Of a stretch of 29,249 nt of DNA, positions 9,702 to 18,611 are shown one piece after another; position 1 is the stretch's first letter; each line of letters opens with the position of its first letter. The notes beneath the pieces are model-generated. The model was not told where the DNA came from and ran no database searches. It worked only from the letters and a program-made list of their open reading frames with translations. Source of the DNA: a virus (Duplodnaviria; Caudoviricetes); IMG/VR virus record IMGVR_UViG_3300030433_002105, positions 1 through 29,249 of that record; one strand, written 5' to 3'. Position numbers and translations under genes: made by a program.

Positions 9702-10283
9702 ATGGTGTGGCCGTTTAATAGTAATAATCAGCAACAGCAACAACAAGGTGCATTGAATCTCGGTTTAGCAGGGGGACAACAACAAGTTCCAGTTCAAGGA
9801 CAACAACAACAGCAATGGGGACAACAACAATATGGTTTGCAATATCAAGCACCTCCTACTGAAATGGAGATATTATCCGCGATGATTACAACAAATCCAA
9901 TGATTGACAAGTGGCTATCCGATAACAACGGTGCGAATATGAATATGCTTATCTCGTTATTGAGCAGTTTAGTTGCAGTTTCAGTCAACACGCTTCTTGT
10001 GAACGCGCGCTTGGTTGAAGACGGTGATGGATACAAGTTTGATTTCAGTGGCGTTCAAGGTATGCCAACGGCTGATAGTGTTATGATGAGTCAAACACAA
10101 CTACTCAACACATCATCTAACAATGTTCAGCAAAAAAATATGCAGTTCCAACAAATGGTTCAACTTGCAAATCAAGGTGTAATGCAAAGCATGTTGAATG
10201 ATGCTATGGCTGACCCCGGATTGATGCAAAATGTTGGTGGTGGAATCGGCTCTTTAGTGCGAGGATTAGCCGGAGGAAGATAA
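9702..10283 (+). CDS. Q/N/M-rich hypothetical protein with a central hydrophobic helix and a Gly-rich amphipathic C-terminus
   Basis: GAGGTGG RBS. Poly-Q N-terminus, hydrophobic MLISLLSSLVAVSVNTLLV, and C-terminal GGGIGSLVRGLAGGR. Confidence 0.8.
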   Translation: MVWPFNSNNQQQQQQGALNLGLAGGQQQVPVQGQQQQQWGQQQYGLQYQAPPTEMEILSAMITTNPMIDKWLSDNNGANMNMLISLLSSLVAVSVNTLLVNARLVEDGDGYKFDFSGVQGMPTADSVMMSQTQLLNTSSNNVQQKNMQFQQMVQLANQGVMQSMLNDAMADPGLMQNVGGGIGSLVRGLAGGR

Positions 10284-10284
10284 T

Positions 10285-10518
10285 ATGGACATGACATCTT
10301 TATTTACAACGGTTAGTGAAATGACCAATTTGCGCAAATCTGTTGTTGTTGACATGATAATGGTGCAACTCATTTCTTTGACTCTTGGTTGTTTCATGCT
10401 ACTGGTGTTCTCCGGTCCATCTATGGAATCAAGACAGTTGACATGGATAATTGGTGCATTATTCGTCTGTTTCAGCGCGACTGGTATCGTTTATCGTCGC
10501 CTCGGACAACAGGGTTGA
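10285..10518 (+). CDS. Small 2-TM membrane protein with a holin-like size and topology
   Basis: GGAGGA RBS. Two hydrophobic segments (MIMVQLISLTLGCFMLLVFSG and LTWIIGALFVCFSATGIVY) and a basic C-terminal RR. Confidence 0.8.
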   Translation: MDMTSLFTTVSEMTNLRKSVVVDMIMVQLISLTLGCFMLLVFSGPSMESRQLTWIIGALFVCFSATGIVYRRLGQQG

Positions 10519-10767
10519 CCATTTACCGATTGGACATTCGCTGTTTAGCAATATTGTTTTCGTTTTGATGAAACAACCACAAAGGCTACATCTGTCGTGA
10601 TTTCTTTTTGGACAAGATAGGCAAATGTTGTAACGACGCTCTCTTTCTGTCAAGTCTGCGCGTTGGTTTGTAATTAAATCAGCCGCGGCTCGCGAAAGAC
10701 TCTTTGCTGTTCCGATTGAAATTGGTATTCCCGCGACTTTAGGTGCGCGTGATAACCTTTTTCTCAT
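10459..10767 (-). CDS. Cys-rich small protein resembling the phage DUF6171-type family
   Basis: Pattern R.NICLSCP...RCSLCGCFIKTK....SECPIGKW, which I recognise from small marine phage proteins. The family name is from memory and unverified. Confidence 0.7.
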   Translation of the reverse strand: MRKRLSRAPKVAGIPISIGTAKSLSRAAADLITNQRADLTERERRYNICLSCPKRNHDRCSLCGCFIKTKTILLNSECPIGKWSTLLSEATINDTSRAETDE

Positions 10768-10804
10768 GGAAACACTCTTTTGCTACCACTACTTGGTCTT
10801 TGCT

Positions 10805-11473
10805 ATGGCGGAGCGTATATCGCGAGCATCTTGCAAGTTCTGTCAAGACCCCGACCGCGATGGTATTGAAGAAATGATGAAGGCTGGACTCATCACCGCG
10901 AAGCAGTTGGACAAAGACAAAGGTTGGCGTGAAGGGACCGCTGACAGGCATTTTCGTAATCATGCCGGAGAATATCACATGGGTAGTAACAGCGAATGTC
11001 GTCTTTGCACATCTCCACAGCGAGAAAATCTTGAAATGGCTTACTTCAATGCGAGTATGACTGTTGAAGAAATCGCACAAGAGTTGGATATGCCGGAATC
11101 AAGCGTATATCATCATTTGAAGCATCATCTCAAACCAATTGTGCAAAAAGGTGCGGCTGACATCATCATTGTTGAGGCTGGTAAAGAAATGGACAGCCTA
11201 CGAACCAATTTAGCACGAATCAATGGTGAGTTGGGTCATTTCCTTGATGATGCAGACCGCAACGACCCACAATATGTTCGCAATATCGTATCATTGCATA
11301 AAGAAGTGCGCGAAACTGTCAAAGACATCATGAGAGTGCAAGAACGCGCGGCTGGTAATACCAACGAAACCATGAACGCACAAACCATTAACATACTCAA
11401 AGTTGAATTAGCGAAAGAGTCCCCCGAAGTATGGGCGAGACTTCGCGGTAAATTGATTGGAGGTGATGAGTGA
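10805..11473 (+). CDS. Probable terminase small subunit or DNA-binding protein with two tandem CxxC-HTH-HxxxH units and a coiled coil
   Basis: CKFC...RHFRNH and CRLC...TVEEIAQELDMPESSVYHHLKHH (HTH-like), followed by a helical oligomerisation-like C-terminus. It lies upstream of terL. ATG 10805 is preferred over 10766, which overlaps the start of the divergent gene. Confidence 0.6.
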   Translation: MAERISRASCKFCQDPDRDGIEEMMKAGLITAKQLDKDKGWREGTADRHFRNHAGEYHMGSNSECRLCTSPQRENLEMAYFNASMTVEEIAQELDMPESSVYHHLKHHLKPIVQKGAADIIIVEAGKEMDSLRTNLARINGELGHFLDDADRNDPQYVRNIVSLHKEVRETVKDIMRVQERAAGNTNETMNAQTINILKVELAKESPEVWARLRGKLIGGDE

Positions 11474-12756
11474 TGGTAGGTGGACCCGAAGGTAGCACCG
11501 CAGGTATGCGATTCAACCCTCGTCAAAGCGCAGAAGAATTGCAAGACGATTCAAATGTCGGTCGTGAAGACTCGGAAGAACGCGCACTTCATGACGCGAA
11601 GAAGCGTGAGAAACAAGAGAAACGCGCTAAAATGATGCAAGGTCTTCAACACATGAAAATAAAAATACCTCAAAAGCGCGATGATGAGGAAGATAGCGAC
11701 ATGAAAAGACAAGCCGAGGCTGGTCAAATGTCCGGTCAAGTGGGTCAAAACGAAGCGATTGACGGTGCAAACCCTCGCGGTAGTTTTGGTGGCGGTGCTG
11801 GCATGAACATGTTGTTGTCAACTGCACCTTTCATTGACGACGCTTTTGAAATGATTCGTAAAAAGAAAGACGAACCAAAATACGATGATGAGAAACCCAA
11901 AAAGACAACAACTATTGACACTGCTTTATCACGAAGACGCGCTAAAAAAGGTAAGCGTAAGAAAAGATTCGGTATGAAAGACACCGAATCATCAAAGCGA
12001 AGTCGTAGTAAGAAAAACAAGGCATTGAAGCCCGGTTATGTTCGTAATCCCGGTGCAATGACGGCGTTGAGAAGTGGTCAAGCACCTTACCAAACATTCG
12101 GTTTGATGGGTTCACGAAGACCTGCTCCAACAGCACCGCGGTTTTTGACCGTATCATCGGGAAGAAGTCGTCCGCGTGCATCACTCGCTAACCCAAGAAC
12201 CAAGTTGGGACAAGATGTTCGTCAAGAAGTGCGACAAGATACACCAACACAAGATGTCACACCTCCAACACCCACTGTTACACCCGAAGCAAGAGTAGCA
12301 CGCGCACCGCGTGGTTCGCGCGATTCTCGTCCACACAAGAAAGCAGTAAGACAACCAAGAACTGCGATAACGCCCGGTGGTAAAGAACTCACAGAAGCAA
12401 TTGCGTTTGGAGGTGGTGCTTCTGCTATGGCCGCGGGTGGTATTGGTTCAAGTGATGCTATTCTTGCATCCGAAGAGTTCTTGCTTAAGCGCGCACAGAA
12501 ATTGAAATTAGGCATATCCGCTCGCGACCGTATTGAGTATCGTCAATTGATTGACCAACTCAATCATTTATTGCGCCGAATGATGCGCAAAGAAGACAAG
12601 TCAATGCAGGGTGCTGATGAGAAATCATCACCTAACACATCGGGTGGACTTTCATCAAATCCCACTGGGGCAACCGAAACAGACCCCGACGATGATGCGA
12701 CCCGATGGGGCGCACACCCGTATGATTTGTATGTAAGGCGAGGTGGGATAGGTTGA
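11473..12756 (+). CDS. Largely disordered, K/R-rich hypothetical protein, possibly a core or DNA-condensing virion protein
   Basis: GGAGGTGA RBS. Long basic tracts (RRRAKKGKRKKR, KRSRSKKNK) and low complexity. Confidence 0.8.
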   Translation: MVGGPEGSTAGMRFNPRQSAEELQDDSNVGREDSEERALHDAKKREKQEKRAKMMQGLQHMKIKIPQKRDDEEDSDMKRQAEAGQMSGQVGQNEAIDGANPRGSFGGGAGMNMLLSTAPFIDDAFEMIRKKKDEPKYDDEKPKKTTTIDTALSRRRAKKGKRKKRFGMKDTESSKRSRSKKNKALKPGYVRNPGAMTALRSGQAPYQTFGLMGSRRPAPTAPRFLTVSSGRSRPRASLANPRTKLGQDVRQEVRQDTPTQDVTPPTPTVTPEARVARAPRGSRDSRPHKKAVRQPRTAITPGGKELTEAIAFGGGASAMAAGGIGSSDAILASEEFLLKRAQKLKLGISARDRIEYRQLIDQLNHLLRRMMRKEDKSMQGADEKSSPNTSGGLSSNPTGATETDPDDDATRWGAHPYDLYVRRGGIG

Positions 12757-14543
12757 GCGATTACATTCTCAAGGGTAAGGGTGTTTACTACCGCGACGCG
12801 GAAGGCGTAATGCATCCCCAATCCTTTCCTCCCGAAGATTCCGACCATGAAAACATATCACATTTTCACATCAACAGCAAAACAGGTCAACCTTTCGCAG
12901 AACTTGAAGGTAAAGGGCTGGTAGGTAAGTTTCCTGTGGAAATCGCCGCTGAAATATTAGCAAGAGAATTGATGACACAAGGATATACAGATGAAACAGG
13001 CGCGAAAAGAAAGCCAGTATCCATGCAATCAGCGTTGAGATTATCAAAAACTCTCTTTAACAACGCGACCAAGCGTTTCAATGACATCAAAAGAAAAGCC
13101 GGTGATGATTTTCACATTCTTCCTATGAAGTTTGATGACAACGGAATACTCAACGACGCTTACAAAAACAATCACTATGGGGGACATCAACCGCGCCGTG
13201 TATCAACTGCGCAAAGAAAGACAAGAACAACCGATGGTAAAGTCATCAACAATCATCCACGCAATGAAGCGCACCCCGAACTTGGTCAACACCTTGAATC
13301 GGCGGCTTTGCATATTGCTGATGAATTACGCGATGAAGCAGAACGAATTGGTGTTCAAACGGAACTCGCGGCAGGGCAGAATGTTTTGGAACCTCAACAA
13401 ATCACTGACGGCATTACACATAGATACACTTCAAACGACGCTGACCCTACATCAAAAGAGAACACCAAATACCCTAACCACTACAAAGATTTACACGCGC
13501 AAACTGCGGCTTATGGACAAATCTCTCCGATGGATATTGTGTCTGTCTTACCTTCGGACTTTTTCGTTCCGTCAACATCCGGCGGCATGTCAACAAGCAT
13601 CATGAATCAGTTGATAGAAAGAGGATACGACCAACCAACCGCTCGCTCAATGGCTCGCGCACCAGTCAATCAATTGCTATACGGTCGTGGTAAAGATGGT
13701 TCGCAAACCGGACTCAACAAGGTAGTTCGCAACATGCGCGCTAAATTAGGTATTGACACGAATGACGATATTCATGCCATGTTCAAGAACCATCGTGATA
13801 ATTTTGCACCACTGATAAGAGGTGGCGATAGGGGAAGAAACCACAAAGCAATTGAAATCATGGCTATGTTGAAGTTGGCTGAACAAATGGGTGTTGACCC
13901 AAGCCAATATTCAATGTATCCATCAGCACCAAGCAGTGTCATGAATGGTTGGCGCGATGTTGCCATAGATGAGGGTGGTAAACAAATTGACATGGCCGCT
14001 CTCGGTAGTGTTGATGAAGGACATCAAATGCGAGGTAAGTTTTCAAATCAATTTGACCACATGTATGATTCATTCCCCGACCATTTGAGCGGCGGTTCGC
14101 TTGCTGACGCTTTACCTGCTCAACCTGTTGTTGTTGAAGAACCAATGAGCGACCCACCTCCCCCTGTTACAACACAAGAACCTCTCCCTCAACCACCAGT
14201 TGCACAACCGATTGATTTCGGGTTCCGCGACTTATCACAATTCAATCCATTCCCTTCGGGAAGAACATTTACCATGTCCGATGACGACCCAATGGGTGTT
14301 ATCGCGACCATCATGGAGCGCGTGCAAATGCATGACGCAGGTGGCTCTTTGTTAGTAAAATACGACCCAATGGATAACTACGACATGCACAAATTGGGTC
14401 AAAATGTAGGCATGTCAAGTATTGATGTTCGCGCGATTGCAATGTCGCTTGGTGATTGGGGTGTCATAGCGAAATCCTTTAACACTACGCACGATGTGGT
14501 TCGCGCTATCAAGAGGTCTTGCGGAGGCGCGCTAAATGGTTGA
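12753..14543 (+). CDS. Hypothetical protein (596 aa) with a Pro-rich linker and an AQPIDFG motif
   Basis: Long ORF with a TTG start overlapping the previous stop (TTGA) and a GAGGTGG RBS. Confidence 0.85.
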   Translation: MSDYILKGKGVYYRDAEGVMHPQSFPPEDSDHENISHFHINSKTGQPFAELEGKGLVGKFPVEIAAEILARELMTQGYTDETGAKRKPVSMQSALRLSKTLFNNATKRFNDIKRKAGDDFHILPMKFDDNGILNDAYKNNHYGGHQPRRVSTAQRKTRTTDGKVINNHPRNEAHPELGQHLESAALHIADELRDEAERIGVQTELAAGQNVLEPQQITDGITHRYTSNDADPTSKENTKYPNHYKDLHAQTAAYGQISPMDIVSVLPSDFFVPSTSGGMSTSIMNQLIERGYDQPTARSMARAPVNQLLYGRGKDGSQTGLNKVVRNMRAKLGIDTNDDIHAMFKNHRDNFAPLIRGGDRGRNHKAIEIMAMLKLAEQMGVDPSQYSMYPSAPSSVMNGWRDVAIDEGGKQIDMAALGSVDEGHQMRGKFSNQFDHMYDSFPDHLSGGSLADALPAQPVVVEEPMSDPPPPVTTQEPLPQPPVAQPIDFGFRDLSQFNPFPSGRTFTMSDDDPMGVIATIMERVQMHDAGGSLLVKYDPMDNYDMHKLGQNVGMSSIDVRAIAMSLGDWGVIAKSFNTTHDVVRAIKRSCGGALNG

Positions 14544-16185
14544 GAATTGGGAAATAGAATGGAATAGTAGCATGATGGAACACGGTCGCGACTTAGGCAC
14601 AATGGAGTTTATCTTTGCAAAAGGCGGAACGGTCAAGGATATGAATTATGTTATGTTTGATGTTCAAGACAATAGTTGGGAACCTCTCATCAAGGCTGTC
14701 GCGGAGCGCGACCATTCTCATCCCGACATCATTCGGAAGAATGTTGAACAACAACCGTTCTTCATGGAGCAAGGACAACGCTCCGCTCAACCGTTTTTGG
14801 GAACAGGTGTAACAAGTCCTCGTCAAGCAACAAAACAATTCAACACAGCACAGCGAATGGCTAACTTAGAAGAGTATGCTCAAGCAGGTCCTAACGCTAC
14901 TGCTGGACAGGCATTCCGCGCTGGTAAATACGGAACTGCCGCAGGTAAAGGTCTTGCCGCCGTAGGTCGCGGTATTATGCAAGGTGCGCGAGGCGCGCGC
15001 GATTACATGAGAGACACAGCCGGACCTAAAATGAAAGAAATGGCCGGTCGTGGTATGGAAGCGGCTGGTCGTGGTCTTCGTGCGGCGGGAGACATGGGCG
15101 GTCGTGCGCTTCAAGCAGTCAAAGACAGCGGTTTAGGTGAGCGTATGAAGAACTTCATGAGTGGTGCAGGTCGCGCAATTAGCGATTTGCGATTTGCGCC
15201 ACAAGCCGCAAAACAATCACTCGGACAAATGCGAGCCGCGGGTGAAGATGAGGCTCGTCGTTCAGCACTTGAAGGCGGTCTTGGTCGCGGACAACGAGAA
15301 ATTGACGACGCAGAACGCAGGTATGTTCCGGGTAGTCAAGGCTTTGATAGAAATATGGAGCAAGCGCGAGCAAGCACAAGTCAAGGACTCGCTCGCGATT
15401 TCAATATCACTCCAAGAGTTCACGAAAAAGGTAAGAACAAAGGAAAACCGATGGAATCAGTTGAAGATGCTATGCGCCGCGAAATACAGGAAATTGGTGC
15501 AAGACGCGCTGAACCAAAAGAAGGTTTCTTCGCTGGTATGAGGCGACGCGGTGATGAGCGACGAGAGGCGGCACGCGCAGAACGAGAAGGTGATGCGTTT
15601 GCTCCATCCAACATCGTGCCGGAAGAACCAGTAATGCCCGAACCACCAAACGAGGCGGCGTTGGAGGCGGCTCGTTCCGATGCTAAACCTTCAACGACAG
15701 CACAACCGATTGAGTTCGGACCCGAAACATCACCACCAGCGGACACAGGTGTAGTCAAACCACAAATGGAAACCGCTACGGCGACTGAAACTGAAATGGA
15801 CCCAAGAGAACAATTTGCGACACGAATGGTTGATGAAGCGGGATACAAGCCCGGTGGTTCGCGTGACAAAGCACGCGAAGTAGCACTTGGTTTGTTTGAC
15901 AAACCCGAAAGTTATGAAGCAATTACAACCGCGACTGGTAGCAGGGGATACAGGGCAAAATTAGCACAGGCTGTCGCCGCTCATCATGGTATGACACCTG
16001 CACAGGCTGATGCAACCGTTCAAGCCGCGGAGCAAGGTAATCCCGACGCAAAAGAGAAAGTTGAAGAAGCCGTTGAAAGCAGTGGTGGAAAAGCACCAAT
16101 GATTGAGTTTGGCAACATGCAGATGAGTGAAGACACTCATGAAGCCTCATGGGATTCACTGCTCAAAGGATTAGATATTAGGTGA
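14536..16185 (+). CDS. Hypothetical protein (549 aa) with G/A/R/M-rich amphipathic repeats and an AQPIEFG motif
   Basis: GGAGG RBS and an 8-nt overlap with the upstream gene. Repeated AGRG-type units at ~14930-15190. Confidence 0.85.
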   Translation: MVENWEIEWNSSMMEHGRDLGTMEFIFAKGGTVKDMNYVMFDVQDNSWEPLIKAVAERDHSHPDIIRKNVEQQPFFMEQGQRSAQPFLGTGVTSPRQATKQFNTAQRMANLEEYAQAGPNATAGQAFRAGKYGTAAGKGLAAVGRGIMQGARGARDYMRDTAGPKMKEMAGRGMEAAGRGLRAAGDMGGRALQAVKDSGLGERMKNFMSGAGRAISDLRFAPQAAKQSLGQMRAAGEDEARRSALEGGLGRGQREIDDAERRYVPGSQGFDRNMEQARASTSQGLARDFNITPRVHEKGKNKGKPMESVEDAMRREIQEIGARRAEPKEGFFAGMRRRGDERREAARAEREGDAFAPSNIVPEEPVMPEPPNEAALEAARSDAKPSTTAQPIEFGPETSPPADTGVVKPQMETATATETEMDPREQFATRMVDEAGYKPGGSRDKAREVALGLFDKPESYEAITTATGSRGYRAKLAQAVAAHHGMTPAQADATVQAAEQGNPDAKEKVEEAVESSGGKAPMIEFGNMQMSEDTHEASWDSLLKGLDIR

Positions 16186-16191
16186 TGATGT

Positions 16192-17592
16192 GTGCAGTCG
16201 TTATCACTTGAAGCAATTGAGGAAATTGACTTTGAGGTAGCGAAGCGTGACTTCAAGTTCTTCTTTGAAGAAATACTTGGGTTTCAACTATCTTGGCATC
16301 ACGAACAGTGGTTCAACAATCTTGAGTCGCGCAAAAGATACTGTGTAAAAGCGGCGCGTGACCACGGTAAATCAACACTGTTTCTCGGCTACATGCTGTG
16401 GAAAACAGCGTTTAACCCAAAAACAAAAGCGGTGTTGATTTCACACAGTCTTCACCAGTCTATTCACCACATGCGCACACTCAATGATTTGATTGACAGT
16501 GTGCCGTTTCTCGCGAAAATGAAAAAAGCGGATTCTTGGTCAAAAACATTTTTTGGTTTTACTAACGGTTCCAACATTAGCGCGAAGTCGGTCGGGGGTG
16601 CCATCCGTGGTATTCACCCCGACCTCATTTTATGCGACGACATTCTGTGGGGAACAACTGACACAGAACTTGCTCGCGTCGCATCATGGTTTTACGAAGT
16701 CCTTGTCCCGACACTCCACCACACCTCAAAACTGATGATAGTCGGGACACCTTTTACTCCAACCGATTTATACACAGAACTTGAGAGCCGCGACGGGTAT
16801 CTTGTTGAAACATACCCGGCTATCAATGTCAAAGGTGAAGCATTGTGGCCCGAACGCTGGGATTTGGAATCTTTAGATGCGCGCAGAAATGATATGCCAG
16901 CAATTGCATTTGCTCGCGAATACTTGTGTGAGCCAATGGATGATGTGTCAAGTCTGTTCCCATCAACCATTTTGCAAGCCGCTAAAGATTCATCGCTCAA
17001 GTTGATTGAGCGTGAAGTTGGCGACCCCGATGACCAATACTTCATTGGTTGGGACCCGGCTATTTCAAGCGACCGAGCCGCTGACTACACCGTGATGGTA
17101 GTGCTTCGTCGCCCATCCACCAATCCCGAATTGCTTGAGTTGGTTCACGCGATTCGTCGCAAAAACATGGACTTCCGCACACAGATTACCGAGATACAAA
17201 GACTCAACGCGAAGTTTAACCCCGATGTTATTGAACTTGAAGCAAACAACTTCCAGCGTGTTTTTGCAACTGAACTTCGCGCTGATACAGATTTACCAAT
17301 CAAGACTTTTATTTCCACACGCCAACGCCGTGAGTCGCTTCTCATGGGTTTGGTGTTGCGCTTTGAGAAAGAGCAAATCCGTTTGCCGTGGGGTGATGAC
17401 CGTTCTCGCACGCTGATGTCCGAACTTGAGCGAGAGTTGCTTATGTTTGGTATGAGCAAGAAAGGTCGGCTTGACAGTATCGGTAGGCACGATGACTTTG
17501 CTATTGCTCTCGCGTTGGCGCATTGGGCGACTACGGAGTTCCGTGAACGCATTGTGGATTTAGATGAAATAATGGCGGGGTTGTTAGATTGA
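16192..17592 (+). CDS. terL: Terminase large subunit
   Basis: Walker A AARDHGKST, Walker B LILCDD preceded by IRG, coupling motif IVGTP, ALWPERW, FAREYLC, RNase H-like nuclease IGWDPA, and C-terminal HDDFAIALALA. AGGTGAT RBS with a GTG start. Confidence 0.95.
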   Translation: MQSLSLEAIEEIDFEVAKRDFKFFFEEILGFQLSWHHEQWFNNLESRKRYCVKAARDHGKSTLFLGYMLWKTAFNPKTKAVLISHSLHQSIHHMRTLNDLIDSVPFLAKMKKADSWSKTFFGFTNGSNISAKSVGGAIRGIHPDLILCDDILWGTTDTELARVASWFYEVLVPTLHHTSKLMIVGTPFTPTDLYTELESRDGYLVETYPAINVKGEALWPERWDLESLDARRNDMPAIAFAREYLCEPMDDVSSLFPSTILQAAKDSSLKLIEREVGDPDDQYFIGWDPAISSDRAADYTVMVVLRRPSTNPELLELVHAIRRKNMDFRTQITEIQRLNAKFNPDVIELEANNFQRVFATELRADTDLPIKTFISTRQRRESLLMGLVLRFEKEQIRLPWGDDRSRTLMSELERELLMFGMSKKGRLDSIGRHDDFAIALALAHWATTEFRERIVDLDEIMAGLLD

Positions 17593-17882
17593 GCGATTGG
17601 TGGATTGTTTTGAAAGAGGGTCGCCAAGTCCAATGCCCTAAATGCAATCGTATGTTTTATGGTGAAAATGCTTTACAAAACCATCATTGTGTGCCTAATG
17701 CTCCGGTTAATCCACAAACAGGAGAAGTTGATTATAGACAACCTTTGAACCCACAGGAGAATAAAGAGATGTATGATTTTTTGAATCAATTTGGATTAAA
17801 TGTTACACAAGGTGATAGCAATTGTCCCGCGTGTAAAGGAAAGGGAATGATAGAGGGCGACCCTTGCCCTATTTGTAGGTGA
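17589..17882 (+). CDS. Small zinc-finger protein with a C2H2-like finger and a CxxCxGxG ribbon
   Basis: CPKCNRMFYGENALQNHHC and CPACKGKG...CPIC. Confidence 0.75.
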   Translation: MSDWWIVLKEGRQVQCPKCNRMFYGENALQNHHCVPNAPVNPQTGEVDYRQPLNPQENKEMYDFLNQFGLNVTQGDSNCPACKGKGMIEGDPCPICR

Positions 17883-17886
17883 TTAA

Positions 17887-18084
17887 ATGACTGATTGTAA
17901 TTGTGAGTTTTGCGTAGGAACGAATGCGGCGTTTGATATGCTTGAAAAGAAACTGTGTCCAGCGGGTAAAGCCGCGGCGAAGCGTAAGTTCAAGGTTTAT
18001 CCAAGCGCGTATGCGAATGGTTGGGCTGTTCAATATTGTCGCGGTAAGTTCCGCAAGAAGAAGGGAGGGAAGAAGAAGAAATGA
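17887..18084 (+). CDS. Small basic protein with an AKRKFKVYPSAYAN motif
   Basis: AGGTGAT RBS. The motif is familiar from small marine-virus proteins, and the tail is K-rich. Confidence 0.8.
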   Translation: MTDCNCEFCVGTNAAFDMLEKKLCPAGKAAAKRKFKVYPSAYANGWAVQYCRGKFRKKKGGKKKK

Positions 18085-18305
18085 TACCTCTTGAAGATGC
18101 GTGGGTTTTCATGAAAGCCAAAAAAGACGCGCCAAATTATCGCCATGCTTCTAAATCCGAACAGATGGCTGGTAAAATATGCGGAACTTGTAAAGCGTGG
18201 GATGATTCAGCAACAAAAGACCCTCAAACTGGTTATTGCGAGTGGTATGATTTTACTTGCAATAGGGACCATACATGTGATGCTTGGGCGGGAAGAAAGA
18301 AATGA
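18081..18305 (+). CDS. Small Cys-rich protein with HiPIP-like Cys spacing
   Basis: NY...CGTC...GYC...CDAW. GGAGG RBS and ATGA overlap with the upstream gene. Confidence 0.75.
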   Translation: MIPLEDAWVFMKAKKDAPNYRHASKSEQMAGKICGTCKAWDDSATKDPQTGYCEWYDFTCNRDHTCDAWAGRKK

Positions 18306-18607
18306 CGGTTGAGAAGAACTTGAACCGTTGGTTCAAAGAAAAATGGGTTGATGTATCCCGTAAAAAGAAGGATGGCACACATCCTCCTTGCGGACGAAGT
18401 AAAGCCAAGACTTCAAGCAAAGGCTACCCAAAATGTCGCCCTTCGGTGAAAGTATCAAGTAAAACTCCAAAGACATCCGGTTCCATGTCGGAAGGTCAAA
18501 AACGCGCGGCAACAAAACGCAAGCGCAGTAAAAAACAAGGTGTGGGTGGTAAGCCGACTATCGTTAAGGCAATGGACGATGCTTGGTTAATGCTCAAAAG
18601 TAGGTGA
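18302..18607 (+). CDS. Small basic protein (LNRWFKEKW...CGR...YPKCRP), resembling DUF5872-type viral proteins
   Basis: ATG 18302 overlaps the upstream stop. The motif is recognised from memory and the family name is unverified. Confidence 0.75.
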   Translation: MTVEKNLNRWFKEKWVDVSRKKKDGTHPPCGRSKAKTSSKGYPKCRPSVKVSSKTPKTSGSMSEGQKRAATKRKRSKKQGVGGKPTIVKAMDDAWLMLKSR

Positions 18608-18611
18608 TGAA

